Below are positions 26,590-35,653 of a stretch of 64,000 nucleotides of DNA, in pieces. Every line of letters begins with the position of its first letter. Position 1 is the first letter of the stretch. Below the pieces are notes generated by a model. That model ran no database searches. It was given only the letters and a program-made list of their open reading frames with translations, and was not told the origin of the DNA. The translations under genes and the position numbers were made by a program. This stretch comes from an uncultured Bacilli bacterium. GTDB taxonomy: Bacteria; Bacillota_I; Bacilli_A; RF39; UBA660. Where the stretch lies: contig CAJTUR010000002.1 of assembly GCA_910579535.1 (NCBI GenBank), forward strand, positions 124-64,123, written 5' to 3'.

Positions 26590-27296
26590 TTTTTCACCTT
26601 TGTTAAGACATCAAAATCAATATTATAATAAGGCACTTTGCTAAAATCATACACATCTTTTCCGTCTTTTGTTCTTTTTACTTCAATGGCATGGTTGCCT
26701 TTATAATACCAGTAGCCGCCGATGTCACGAACGCGTTCTTTATCCCAACCTAAAGCAATTAATAACTCTTTAACTTGACCCGCATAGCCACCAGCTCCAC
26801 ACATGATAAAAATATTTTTATCTTTTGGGAAGATGGCTTCTAAAATGGATAAAGATTCTTCATAATTTGCTGTGTAGCTCCCATCTTCTTCTAATGTATA
26901 TAACGTTTCTCCCGTGTACAAACCACTTACGTTTTCACGCTTTTTTTGTTCAATGTATTCATCAGTAAAACCCGCTAGATAAACCGATGGAATGACTTCA
27001 AAACCTTCAATGTACCCACTTAAGTAACGATCGCCACCTTTATTTTCCCAAGTAGCGGTATCAACGAGCATTCTCACATCACGATAAACGGTATCGGTAC
27101 GATTTAAATACTCGTCAATGCTGGTTTCATCAATGTTTTTATCTATTCCATATTTTCCTCGCAATCCTTCTGCTAATTCAGCTTTGGGCAAGGGACTCTC
27201 AAAGGTTCTTTTTTCTTTGAATACAAAATGAGTAAATACTCCTCCCCCTACAAAACAAACTATCATTACTAAAATTAATATTATATTTTTTTTCAT
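26586..27296 (-). CDS. Membrane-anchored rhodanese-like protein
   Basis: N-terminal TM helix. YRDVRML...GYIEGFEVIP...IFIMCGAGGYAGQ...DIGGYWYY follows the rhodanese layout with an active-site Cys loop. A 4-nt overlap joins it to the Trx gene. Confidence 0.5.
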   Translation of the reverse strand: MKKNIILILVMIVCFVGGGVFTHFVFKEKRTFESPLPKAELAEGLRGKYGIDKNIDETSIDEYLNRTDTVYRDVRMLVDTATWENKGGDRYLSGYIEGFEVIPSVYLAGFTDEYIEQKKRENVSGLYTGETLYTLEEDGSYTANYEESLSILEAIFPKDKNIFIMCGAGGYAGQVKELLIALGWDKERVRDIGGYWYYKGNHAIEVKRTKDGKDVYDFSKVPYYNIDFDVLTKVKK

Positions 27297-27386
27297 TTTC
27301 TTCCTCCTTCTGTTTTTAATTTAAAGAAAAAAAGAGAAAATGGCAATCGTCTTTTGGTTTAATCCGCTCAACTTTAAGTTGATTTT

Positions 27387-28088
27387 TTAAGAACAACTTT
27401 TTAGCGTTAAAGGAATGGTGTACGTTTTGTTTTTCTCATCTTTTGTCGTTGCTTTTATGGAAATAAATAAACTCTCTTCTTTATAAAATTCACAAACTTT
27501 TTTGTAATTATCAACAGAAAAAGTGACTTTTTGTAAAAATTTTTCTAATGTAATCGTATTGAGTCCTTCGTATTTATAAGCACTAATTTTCTTTTCTATT
27601 TCTTCGTTTGATTCGTATAAAGTACATTCAATCGTTTGATATTCCTCTTCATTAACTTCTCCACAATATTCAATGTTTGAAATATAAATGGCGGATTTGT
27701 TTTCGTTATAGGCTATGTTTCCAGAAATGTTAAAGTTTTTACATTCAGAGGAAAGGGTTTTAAATTGAAAATCGTTTTTGTTTTGATTCCATATCTTAAA
27801 AAGAACGACTGTAAAAAGAATTAGAGAAAGTGTCACTAAAATAATTAAGAGACTTTTTTTATTCTTTCGATTTGGTGTTTTCCTTTCTCCATCAAATAAT
27901 TCTTCTAAACTAATATTAAAATCTTTGCTTATTTGTCTTATTAAAATCATATCTGGCATGTTTAAGCCACGTTCCCATTTGCTGACGGCTTGGAATGTTA
28001 CATGGTATTTTTCAGCCAATTGTTTTTGAGTTAAATGATTTGTTTTTCTTATTTCTTTAATTAATTGACCAAATTTTTCTTGATTCAT
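27387..28088 (-). CDS. XRE-family HTH protein with a TM helix and an extracytoplasmic domain
   Basis: N-terminal LTQKQLAEKYHVTFQAVSKWERG, followed by a TM segment. Confidence 0.7.
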   Translation of the reverse strand: MNQEKFGQLIKEIRKTNHLTQKQLAEKYHVTFQAVSKWERGLNMPDMILIRQISKDFNISLEELFDGERKTPNRKNKKSLLIILVTLSLILFTVVLFKIWNQNKNDFQFKTLSSECKNFNISGNIAYNENKSAIYISNIEYCGEVNEEEYQTIECTLYESNEEIEKKISAYKYEGLNTITLEKFLQKVTFSVDNYKKVCEFYKEESLFISIKATTKDEKNKTYTIPLTLKSCS

Positions 28089-28145
28089 AAACTTTTTACT
28101 CCTCTTAAGATTTCTTTTATTATACTATTAATTATAAATAATTCA

Positions 28146-30659
28146 CTAAATATTTTCATTTTTTATGGACTCAATAATATTGGTATTTTTTATTTTTTTA
28201 ACACTGTACCTCATCACTATTAAAATGATAACTAAAACACTTAATGTTGCAAGTATTAGGTATTTTGTAGAAAAAAGCATGATTAGTGCATTTTTTTTGC
28301 TATTTAATTTCGAAACTTCTATTAGAAGATAAATTAGAGTTAAAGAAATCGGTAGGCCTATCATTAACGTTTTAATTATTAAAAAGAAACTTTCGAGTTG
28401 AATCATTTTGTTTAAATTTTTCTGACTCATTCCTAGACTTCTTAAAATCGAAAATTCCATTTTTCTTAGGTTGATGTTTGAACTTAGGGTATTAAACATA
28501 CTTAAAATACTTATTAATGCTATAAATAAAAGAATAAAGTAAAGGAGACCTTTTATAACAAGGTAAAGTAAATAGATTTCGTAATTTTCTAGTGCTCGAT
28601 TTTCATATTGAATATGATTTGAGGCGTATTTCTTTACAATTTGATTTATTTCATCGTCTAATTTTTTAAATTTTCGACTATTTATTTCTATTTTCCAATA
28701 TTTCTTTAAATAGTCTTCATACGTTTCATTGGTGATACTACTAAAATTTTTGGTATTTTTACTAATAAAGTTGGTGACTAGATAATTAAATTGTTTTAAG
28801 TCTACAACTAATGTCAGTGTATTAAATTTGTTTAAGTAATTCTTATTGGTTAAGTATAGATTTTCTAAAGTTAAATACGGCTCATGTGTAATATACTGAG
28901 TTGTATTTTCTTGGTCCTGGATTTCTATTTCACAAATTTTTATTCTTTCCAGATTGTCTTTAAAGGCTTCAATTGTTTCGCTTTCATTATTTTTTTCAAT
29001 TTCTTTTAAGTTATACAGAATCATTCGGTCGTCTTTTAATCCTAATTCTTTTTTATATTTTTGATAATTTTCTTCATCTAAACCTACTAAAGAAAGAGTA
29101 TGATAATGATTGTTTTGAGTTAAATACTCTGAGTTAAGAAATTCTTCTTCCGCTTGAAAATAGAGAAAAGCTATTTTTGATTCTACATAGTCATCCATTA
29201 ATTTTATATTTTTAATTTCTTCAATGATTTTTTGATTGTCTTTTTCCTCATTATCAAATAAAGTGATGTCTATATCAAAAGAATGATGAAAGGTGTTTTT
29301 GGTTTGTTCTAAAAAATAATTTATAAAAGTAGAGCCAACGATAAATAAAACAAAGCTTATGGTTAGTGAGGTGGTAATGAGCAAGAATTTATTACTGTTT
29401 CTTTTAATGTTTTTATAAGCCAGTTCTCCGATAGCTCCACTTATTTTTTTTATAAGGGGATAACTAAATTTTTTTATTTTTAGATTGGTTTCGGTATTTC
29501 TGATTGTTTGAATGGGTGGAATATGACTTGCTGTTTTGGCGGGTTTTCTAACGGATAGAAAAATGGTTAGGATGATAAATAAAACGGAGAAAATGAGAAA
29601 AGAGATTTCTAAATTTAATTTAAATGGAAGCGGTAATATTGTTTTTAATGTTTGATTTATAAATAAAAGAATGAGTTCCATTAGCCCTAAGCTTAATCCA
29701 AAACCAATTATGATTCCTAAGGATCCTACTAAGCTAGCTTCATAAAGGAGCATTTTATAAATCTGTTTTTTTGTGGCTCCTATACATTTTAGTCTTCCTA
29801 GTTCCTTTTTTCTTTCTATTAGGGAAATTTCAAATGAATTGTAAATGATTAAAAAGCAAAAAACACTCATAATAGATAGAACAATCCCTAAATAGAAATA
29901 AATACGAAATTGATCTAATTTGTTTTGATACGCTCCATAAGCCACTAATAAGCTCGTATTTATGTTGGTATTTTTAAAAGATTCACTTTTGTTTTTCACT
30001 TCACGTTCTAAATTTAACTTAGTAGCGGTCTTCTCAATTTTATCATAAATATTAAAATAACTTTTATAGGTAATAAAAAAATAAGTATGAGCGTTAGATT
30101 GATCGATGAACGCTTTTGTGAAGGCTACTGGTTTATAAACGCTTTTTAACGTATCATAATGGTCTTCTTGAATTAATTTATTCTCGTTATAAATTCCAAC
30201 TATTTTATAGTTATGAATCCTTTCTTCAAGATCAAGATTCAATTCTTCTGCTAGATTGTTTGATATTAGGATTTCATTATTATTTTGAGGCTCACTTCCT
30301 TTTATTAGGGTTACATATTCTTTTAGCTCTTCATTGTAGGTAAAAAGGTTTAAAATGGTGTCTTCGTTATTGTTTAATTTAATGGGAATTTCTTCTTTTT
30401 TCTGGGTGCATTTAATTGATTTTATCTTTTTGTCTTCTTGTAAAATTTTTATAGATTGATAGTCTAAATCTTCAAATTGAACATGGAAATCGCCGCTACT
30501 TTTTAAGGCTTCTGTGATGTTTTGTTTTCTTATTGTAGAGGCACCTATACCAATAGAGAATAACAACATCGATGTTAAAATGATACTCAATAAAGTCATT
30601 TTGGTTCTTTTTTTATTTAACTTTAATTGTTTATTGGTTAGTGTTATCAATGTTTTCAT
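28146..30659 (-). CDS. FtsX/MacB-type ABC transporter permease (two FtsX domains)
   Basis: 837 aa with TM clusters flanking large extracytoplasmic regions. Contains LKCIGATKKQI and LRSLGMSQKNL FtsX-type motifs. Confidence 0.75.
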   Translation of the reverse strand: MKTLITLTNKQLKLNKKRTKMTLLSIILTSMLLFSIGIGASTIRKQNITEALKSSGDFHVQFEDLDYQSIKILQEDKKIKSIKCTQKKEEIPIKLNNNEDTILNLFTYNEELKEYVTLIKGSEPQNNNEILISNNLAEELNLDLEERIHNYKIVGIYNENKLIQEDHYDTLKSVYKPVAFTKAFIDQSNAHTYFFITYKSYFNIYDKIEKTATKLNLEREVKNKSESFKNTNINTSLLVAYGAYQNKLDQFRIYFYLGIVLSIMSVFCFLIIYNSFEISLIERKKELGRLKCIGATKKQIYKMLLYEASLVGSLGIIIGFGLSLGLMELILLFINQTLKTILPLPFKLNLEISFLIFSVLFIILTIFLSVRKPAKTASHIPPIQTIRNTETNLKIKKFSYPLIKKISGAIGELAYKNIKRNSNKFLLITTSLTISFVLFIVGSTFINYFLEQTKNTFHHSFDIDITLFDNEEKDNQKIIEEIKNIKLMDDYVESKIAFLYFQAEEEFLNSEYLTQNNHYHTLSLVGLDEENYQKYKKELGLKDDRMILYNLKEIEKNNESETIEAFKDNLERIKICEIEIQDQENTTQYITHEPYLTLENLYLTNKNYLNKFNTLTLVVDLKQFNYLVTNFISKNTKNFSSITNETYEDYLKKYWKIEINSRKFKKLDDEINQIVKKYASNHIQYENRALENYEIYLLYLVIKGLLYFILLFIALISILSMFNTLSSNINLRKMEFSILRSLGMSQKNLNKMIQLESFFLIIKTLMIGLPISLTLIYLLIEVSKLNSKKNALIMLFSTKYLILATLSVLVIILIVMRYSVKKIKNTNIIESIKNENI

Positions 30660-30712
30660 TATAATACTCTTTTCTTTATTTATTATAATTGATTTTTGTT
30701 CTAAATTCTATT

Positions 30713-30740
30713 AAAAAAGAAATCATTTTTTTTGATTTCC
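30713..30740 (-). terminator. Hairpin + U-run downstream of the RT gene
   Basis: The minus strand reads GGAAAUCA-AAAAAAA-UGAUUUC followed by UUUUUU. Confidence 0.45.
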
Positions 30741-30745
30741 TTCTT

Positions 30746-31738
30746 TTATTCTCGATTCTTTTTTAGAATTTCTAAATATTGATTTTGGTATTTTTTTAAA
30801 ACTAAGTCTTCTTTTCCTCGAACCATAGCTATAAAGTTCAATCTTCCTTCTATTACTTTTTTCAATTCCTTAATCAGTTTATTTTTATGTATATTTTGAC
30901 AATCATATTTTTCATCTTTTTTAAAATAATTTAAAGCGGTCACATAAAGCCCCTCTTTTTCACAACGATTCAGTAATGCTCTTAATTTTTTGATGTAAAT
31001 TTTTTTTACGTTTACTTTTTCATTAACAATTAAACCCGTCACTTCTTTTCTTTCCCGTTGCCAACTATAATTGGTTTTGGTTTCATTGATGGTAAAGCCA
31101 CTTCTTTCGATTCGTTTTCGTAATTCTTGACCAAGTATAATTTCGTTGTCTTGATTTCTTTTGACAATTTTTTCAGAAAAAGGGGTTCGACTCGATAAAG
31201 TGATATCATCCGCGTATCTTGTATAGTGAAATTGATACTGTTCACCTAAACGAAGTATTTTCTTATCTAATGAATAACACACAATATTTGAAAGACTGGG
31301 TGATGCTGGTGATCCTTGAGGGAGTGCATTGTGAAAACATGAAAGGTTCGCCAGAATGGTTGCGACTTCTTTTGGTAAATTAAATGGCTCAGTCATAAAT
31401 ATGCCTCGAACACGTCCAAAATGAATGGAGGGAAAGAAATTTTTTAAGTCAATATTTAAAATGTATCCCGCTTTACTATGAATTATAGCATTATCCACAA
31501 TACTTTTTCCTTTGATAAAGCCATATTGACATTCTAAAAAAGTATATTTTTTATCAATATACTCTTTTATTTTTTCTTGTACTTTTTTTAGATTCCAATC
31601 AGGTGATGCAATAGTACGATACCCGCCACTTCGTTTTGGCACTTTAAAGGTATGGTATTTACTTTTGGTTAATGCTTCATTAAGTAATTCCTCATCAATA
31701 TCTAAAATATAACTAACATAATTTTTAGGATTTTTCAT
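30746..31738 (-). CDS. Retron-type reverse transcriptase
   Basis: RT motifs YRTIASP, NIDLKNFFPSI, LPQGSPASPSLSN and YTRYADDITLSS. The retron-characteristic VDNAIIH (NAxxH) and RKEVTGLIVNEK (VTG) are also present. 330 aa. Confidence 0.85.
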   Translation of the reverse strand: MKNPKNYVSYILDIDEELLNEALTKSKYHTFKVPKRSGGYRTIASPDWNLKKVQEKIKEYIDKKYTFLECQYGFIKGKSIVDNAIIHSKAGYILNIDLKNFFPSIHFGRVRGIFMTEPFNLPKEVATILANLSCFHNALPQGSPASPSLSNIVCYSLDKKILRLGEQYQFHYTRYADDITLSSRTPFSEKIVKRNQDNEIILGQELRKRIERSGFTINETKTNYSWQRERKEVTGLIVNEKVNVKKIYIKKLRALLNRCEKEGLYVTALNYFKKDEKYDCQNIHKNKLIKELKKVIEGRLNFIAMVRGKEDLVLKKYQNQYLEILKKNRE

Positions 31739-31863
31739 ACTAATTCCTCGAATTCTAACATTATTGGTAAACCCGTAAGAGGTTTTACATATCGTAAGAT
31801 ATGTATTGTTTATACATTTTAATTGTCACTGCGAAACGCTCGTGATAGGCAATTCTTATTTCA
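31739..31863 (-). ncRNA. Candidate retron msr/msd non-coding RNA region (boundaries unknown)
   Basis: 125-nt spacer directly 5' of the RT start, packed with hairpins on the minus strand. These are UCAC-GAGCGUUUCGCA-GUGA, AUGUAU-AAACA-AUACAU, AUAUC-UUAC-GAUAU and AAACC-UCUUACG-GGUUU. I could not identify a convincing a1/a2 pair. Confidence 0.35.
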
Positions 31864-32598
31864 TTAGTAATTTATAAAGTTCTCTTTTTGAGGATTATAA
31901 TCTAAGTACACGGTATCCATACCACCATAACGGTTTTTAGCAATGATGATTTCTAAAATGTTATTTTTATTTTCACTCGAATAGTAATATTTACGATATA
32001 AGAATAAGACAATGTCTGAGTTACTTTCTAAATTACCGCTATTTTTTAAATCCATTAGTAAGGGCCTACTGTTTTCTCTATGTTCTACATTTCTAGAAAT
32101 TTGAGATAATAGAAAGACGATTAATTTTTTCTGATTAGCAAGAGCTCTTATTTTATCTAATACTTCATTATAGGTATCGATAGACGAAGAGCTTTTCTGA
32201 CTACTTTTTAATAATTGTATGTAATCGATGATAACGAATTTTATTCCATTTTCGTTAATCAATTGTTCTAGTTCTTCTACCGTAAAGCAATCGTCTGAAA
32301 GATAGAGATTATAATTCTTTTTAGTGAGTTCAGACATTGTTTCTTTCATTAAGTTTTCATTTTTTTGAATTTCTGAAAATTTTTCTCCTTTTGAAAGGGT
32401 GGCTAATTTTAGAGCACTTTTTTCTTTACTCATTTCTAAATTTACATATAGTGTTGGAACATTATAATTGTCCATTAAACTTAATAGTATATTATTCATA
32501 AAATTACTTTTTCCCATACCAGGCCTTGCTCCAATAGTTATAATAGTACTTTCATTGATTCCATTTAATGCTTTATCTAATGGTTTTAAACCTAACAA
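31864..32598 (-). CDS. Stand-alone DnaB-C-terminal-domain (RecA-fold) ATPase, motifs intact
   Basis: Walker A GARPGMGKSNF, Walker B FVIIDYIQLL, LLSQISRNVE and AKNRYGG. It lacks the DnaB N-terminal domain. The start codon is uncertain: TTG at 32598, or an in-frame ATC at 32658 behind a strong SD. Confidence 0.75.
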   Translation of the reverse strand: MLGLKPLDKALNGINESTIITIGARPGMGKSNFMNNILLSLMDNYNVPTLYVNLEMSKEKSALKLATLSKGEKFSEIQKNENLMKETMSELTKKNYNLYLSDDCFTVEELEQLINENGIKFVIIDYIQLLKSSQKSSSSIDTYNEVLDKIRALANQKKLIVFLLSQISRNVEHRENSRPLLMDLKNSGNLESNSDIVLFLYRKYYYSSENKNNILEIIIAKNRYGGMDTVYLDYNPQKENFINY

Positions 32599-32707
32599 AT
32601 ATTTTTTAACAAAACTTTCATTTAATTGAATGTCTGTTATTTTATTTATGGTTGCGATTTTTACTCACCTTCTTTCTTATGCGTACATAAGTACGAATTG
32701 TAATTTT

Positions 32708-32737
32708 ATTATACCTTTTCTATTTTAAATTTGTCAA
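32708..32737 (-). promoter_or_regulatory. Near-consensus sigma-A promoter driving the ATPase-spacer-RT module
   Basis: The minus strand has TTGACA (32737-32732), an 18-nt spacer and TATAAT (32713-32708). Confidence 0.65.
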
Positions 32738-32800
32738 TTTATTTTTTTATTATTTAGGTGTATAATTAAAATTTTTTTTATTTCTGATTTATGCTCTTCT

Positions 32801-35653
32801 TTAATTAAAAGGTCTTCCCATAATATGGTTTTTTATTTGAACATAATCGGTTGCATAGATTTTATCATCTTCGTTTATGTCTGCGGCAATTAAGTAAGGT
32901 CCTGATAAGAGTGATTTACCCATGATATGATTTTTAACTTTAACATAATCAGTGGCGTAGATTTGTCCATCTCCATTGACGTCTCCTTTTATAACAATAG
33001 TATAGGTATAATCTTGTTGATTAAAGGTTAGCGTAAACTTCATCCCTGTTGCAATGATTCCCTCATTTAGTTCCATATTCTGAGTGTTTTTAAAGTTTTT
33101 TAGAGTGACACCGTTTAGATTGTTTGCTTTATTGATGAAAGTTTTTATAGAGCTATTTAAAGTTATTCCTAAAACGTATTGTTCTTTTTTTCTTAAGCCA
33201 AGACGATTTAATACTCCTTCTTCGGTTAATCCACCTTTTTCTTCTATCGTAACTAAACTAGTTAAAAGAATGGTCCTATTGCCAACAGGGATTAGAACTT
33301 CTACCTTACTGGTTCCAGCTTTCATTCCTAGCAATTCATTGTTTTCATAATGAATTAAATCTGTTTTTTCTATAGAAACTTGATAGTTAAGAGTTTCATT
33401 TGGTGAGAGAACTAAGGGTAGTTTTTTCTTTTCATTTGTCACGAGTTGAAAGGTTTTAGGAAGAGAGAGACTCACGATTCCTTTTGCTAATGACGTTTCA
33501 TCTAAAAGATTTAAATCATGAAAGTTTTTGGCGTACCCGCCGACTCCTAAAAGGGTTTCATTTTCATTTAAGACATAATACACTTGTTTTGGAATTTGAT
33601 AGGTGCCATAAGTAATGGCTTGTAAACCAATAAAGCCTCCTTTATTTTTTTCACCCTTTACGGTACCTGTTGAAAAACTGTTTTCTATTTTAACGTTTTG
33701 ATTTAGACCAATAAAGCCTCCTACGTTTTTAGGTGCTGTCACTTCTAAAGTAGTCGAACAGTTTGTTATTAGGGTTTGATCGTTTCCATTACCAATCAAC
33801 CCTCCTACGGCGATTAAATCATTTAAGGCTTCTCCTTCTCGAGTCACTGATCCACTTTTTAAATGAATGTTGTTTAGGGTAATGTTTTCAGCTACGTTTG
33901 CTAAACCACCTAGATAGTTTTGTTTGTTTGAATAAGCCACTAGGTTCTCTATATTTAAATTTTCTATTTTTGTTGGTGTGCTAAAATGACCAATATTATT
34001 AAATAAACCTGAGCCATTTGTTTTTATGTTACGTAAGGTATGATTTTTTCCTTCTAAATTTCCTTCAAAGTTTAAATTAGAAAGCGTTGCGGTTTCTTTA
34101 AAATCTAAATCATTCTCAAGTTGATAATATTTATTTTTGGTGTCTAACCCCATGAGATATAAAAACGTTTTTTCATCTTTAATGAGATAAGGTTTTTCTT
34201 TTGACCCTTCCCCTTCAATGGTTGGTAAGAGGACGTTGAAAGTAATCGAATCGTTGGTTTCACTTGTCACTTCTATTTTTATTCCTGAGTTTTTCCCATT
34301 GGAATAAAAAAGGGTTTGATTATCAAAAGTAGTATTGGTTGCTATTTCATTTTTTCCCAAAACAGGTCTTTTCATGTTTAATGTTGCTTTTGATAATTCT
34401 CCTAGCCCACTCATCGCTTCGGTTTCATTAGGTCTAAAAATATAAACATGGTCTTCTTTGGGAGCATTTCCTAAATATTTGTAATTTTCATTTACACGAT
34501 ATACGATTAACCCACTTTCAAGTGCGGAATAAGACTCATAGGTGTTCATTTTGTCGTGGTATTCTACGATAAAGTATTCTTTTTCGTTTTCTCCGGTTGC
34601 AATTTTAATCGCTCTTAATTCGTCTTTATTTATAAATTTTGGTTTAGAAAGGGTTAAGTTCATTGTGGTTTTTGAAATTACAGGTATGGGGTTATGCCAA
34701 TTGGTTTCTTTTTGATAATCACTTATGAAATAAGTTAAAAAACTTTGAGGGTTGGAGCCAATAGCGTTTCCCATAATATCATAAAATCCTACTGGTTTTT
34801 CGTTAGGTGAACCGTATCGGTACAAATCTTTAAAGCCTAAGGTATGACCAAATTCATGAATAAGTGTTCCATAAGTACCACGGTTTAATGAAAACACACT
34901 TGCGGATTCTTTGTAATCTTCCGCATAGATTAAGTTATAAGCTCTTATTTTTTTTCCTAAAAAGGTTTGTGTTATTCCTTCACTATCTCGTTCATGAGCC
35001 CAAAGTAAATCTCCCCAACTGATGGTAGAGGGTAAATTTTTTTGACCTTCAATAACAAAAGAAATGGCGTCAATAAAATCATCTTGATTGGTATCTAATT
35101 CATTTCCATTTATTCCATAAGAAGCGCTTTCTTTTTCTAAATAAGCCATTACACGATTGATTAGTTCATTTTCTCTTTTTAAAGCTTCCGTTTTATCTTT
35201 GTAACCTATTTTGTTTTGTTCTGTATATTTTAAGTAATAACCAATGGGCTCTACATCCTTAAAGGCTACCACTTGATTGTTTTTTTTAGGTAAAATTTCA
35301 GTTGTAATGGATAAACTCCCATAACTTTCACGTTCAAAGTATTTTTTGAAAGAAGGAACTCCAATTATTCCATTAACGGTAGTCATTTCTACTGGTGTGT
35401 CGCTATTGTATAATTTATAAGCATTTTCTACACTTTCTATATCATCAATATGATTTAAGACGTTTGAATCGCTATCACTAAATTTAATGAATACTGCCAA
35501 TTGTTTTATTTTTCGAGGGTTGGGGTCTATTTTAGCTAAGGCCAGTTCTTGGTCTGATTTTATAGTGGCTTTACTTACCTTAAAAGAACTACTTGAACAG
35601 ATGAAAAGAACTAGAAAGATGAAAGCTACTATTTTTTTATTTCTTTTTTTCAT
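32801..35653 (-). CDS. Secreted M6-family (InhA-like) metalloprotease with repeat/Ig-like regions and a C-terminal dockerin-like module
   Basis: Signal peptide and HEFGHTLG zinc motif. GGLIG/GGFIG (GLUG-like) repeats. The C-terminus GDVNGDGQIYATDYVKVKNHIMG...ADINEDDKIYATDYVQIKNHIMG forms a duplicated dockerin-type Ca-binding repeat. Confidence 0.75.
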   Translation of the reverse strand: MKKRNKKIVAFIFLVLFICSSSSFKVSKATIKSDQELALAKIDPNPRKIKQLAVFIKFSDSDSNVLNHIDDIESVENAYKLYNSDTPVEMTTVNGIIGVPSFKKYFERESYGSLSITTEILPKKNNQVVAFKDVEPIGYYLKYTEQNKIGYKDKTEALKRENELINRVMAYLEKESASYGINGNELDTNQDDFIDAISFVIEGQKNLPSTISWGDLLWAHERDSEGITQTFLGKKIRAYNLIYAEDYKESASVFSLNRGTYGTLIHEFGHTLGFKDLYRYGSPNEKPVGFYDIMGNAIGSNPQSFLTYFISDYQKETNWHNPIPVISKTTMNLTLSKPKFINKDELRAIKIATGENEKEYFIVEYHDKMNTYESYSALESGLIVYRVNENYKYLGNAPKEDHVYIFRPNETEAMSGLGELSKATLNMKRPVLGKNEIATNTTFDNQTLFYSNGKNSGIKIEVTSETNDSITFNVLLPTIEGEGSKEKPYLIKDEKTFLYLMGLDTKNKYYQLENDLDFKETATLSNLNFEGNLEGKNHTLRNIKTNGSGLFNNIGHFSTPTKIENLNIENLVAYSNKQNYLGGLANVAENITLNNIHLKSGSVTREGEALNDLIAVGGLIGNGNDQTLITNCSTTLEVTAPKNVGGFIGLNQNVKIENSFSTGTVKGEKNKGGFIGLQAITYGTYQIPKQVYYVLNENETLLGVGGYAKNFHDLNLLDETSLAKGIVSLSLPKTFQLVTNEKKKLPLVLSPNETLNYQVSIEKTDLIHYENNELLGMKAGTSKVEVLIPVGNRTILLTSLVTIEEKGGLTEEGVLNRLGLRKKEQYVLGITLNSSIKTFINKANNLNGVTLKNFKNTQNMELNEGIIATGMKFTLTFNQQDYTYTIVIKGDVNGDGQIYATDYVKVKNHIMGKSLLSGPYLIAADINEDDKIYATDYVQIKNHIMGRPFN

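Noticed and set aside
31039-31245. 68-aa ORF inside the RT gene
   Set aside because: It is an out-of-frame internal ORF of a gene with complete RT motifs.
31864-32598. The 244-aa DnaB-like protein as the replicative helicase
   Set aside because: It lacks the whole N-terminal domain and linker. It is co-transcribed with a retron RT in an inserted module.
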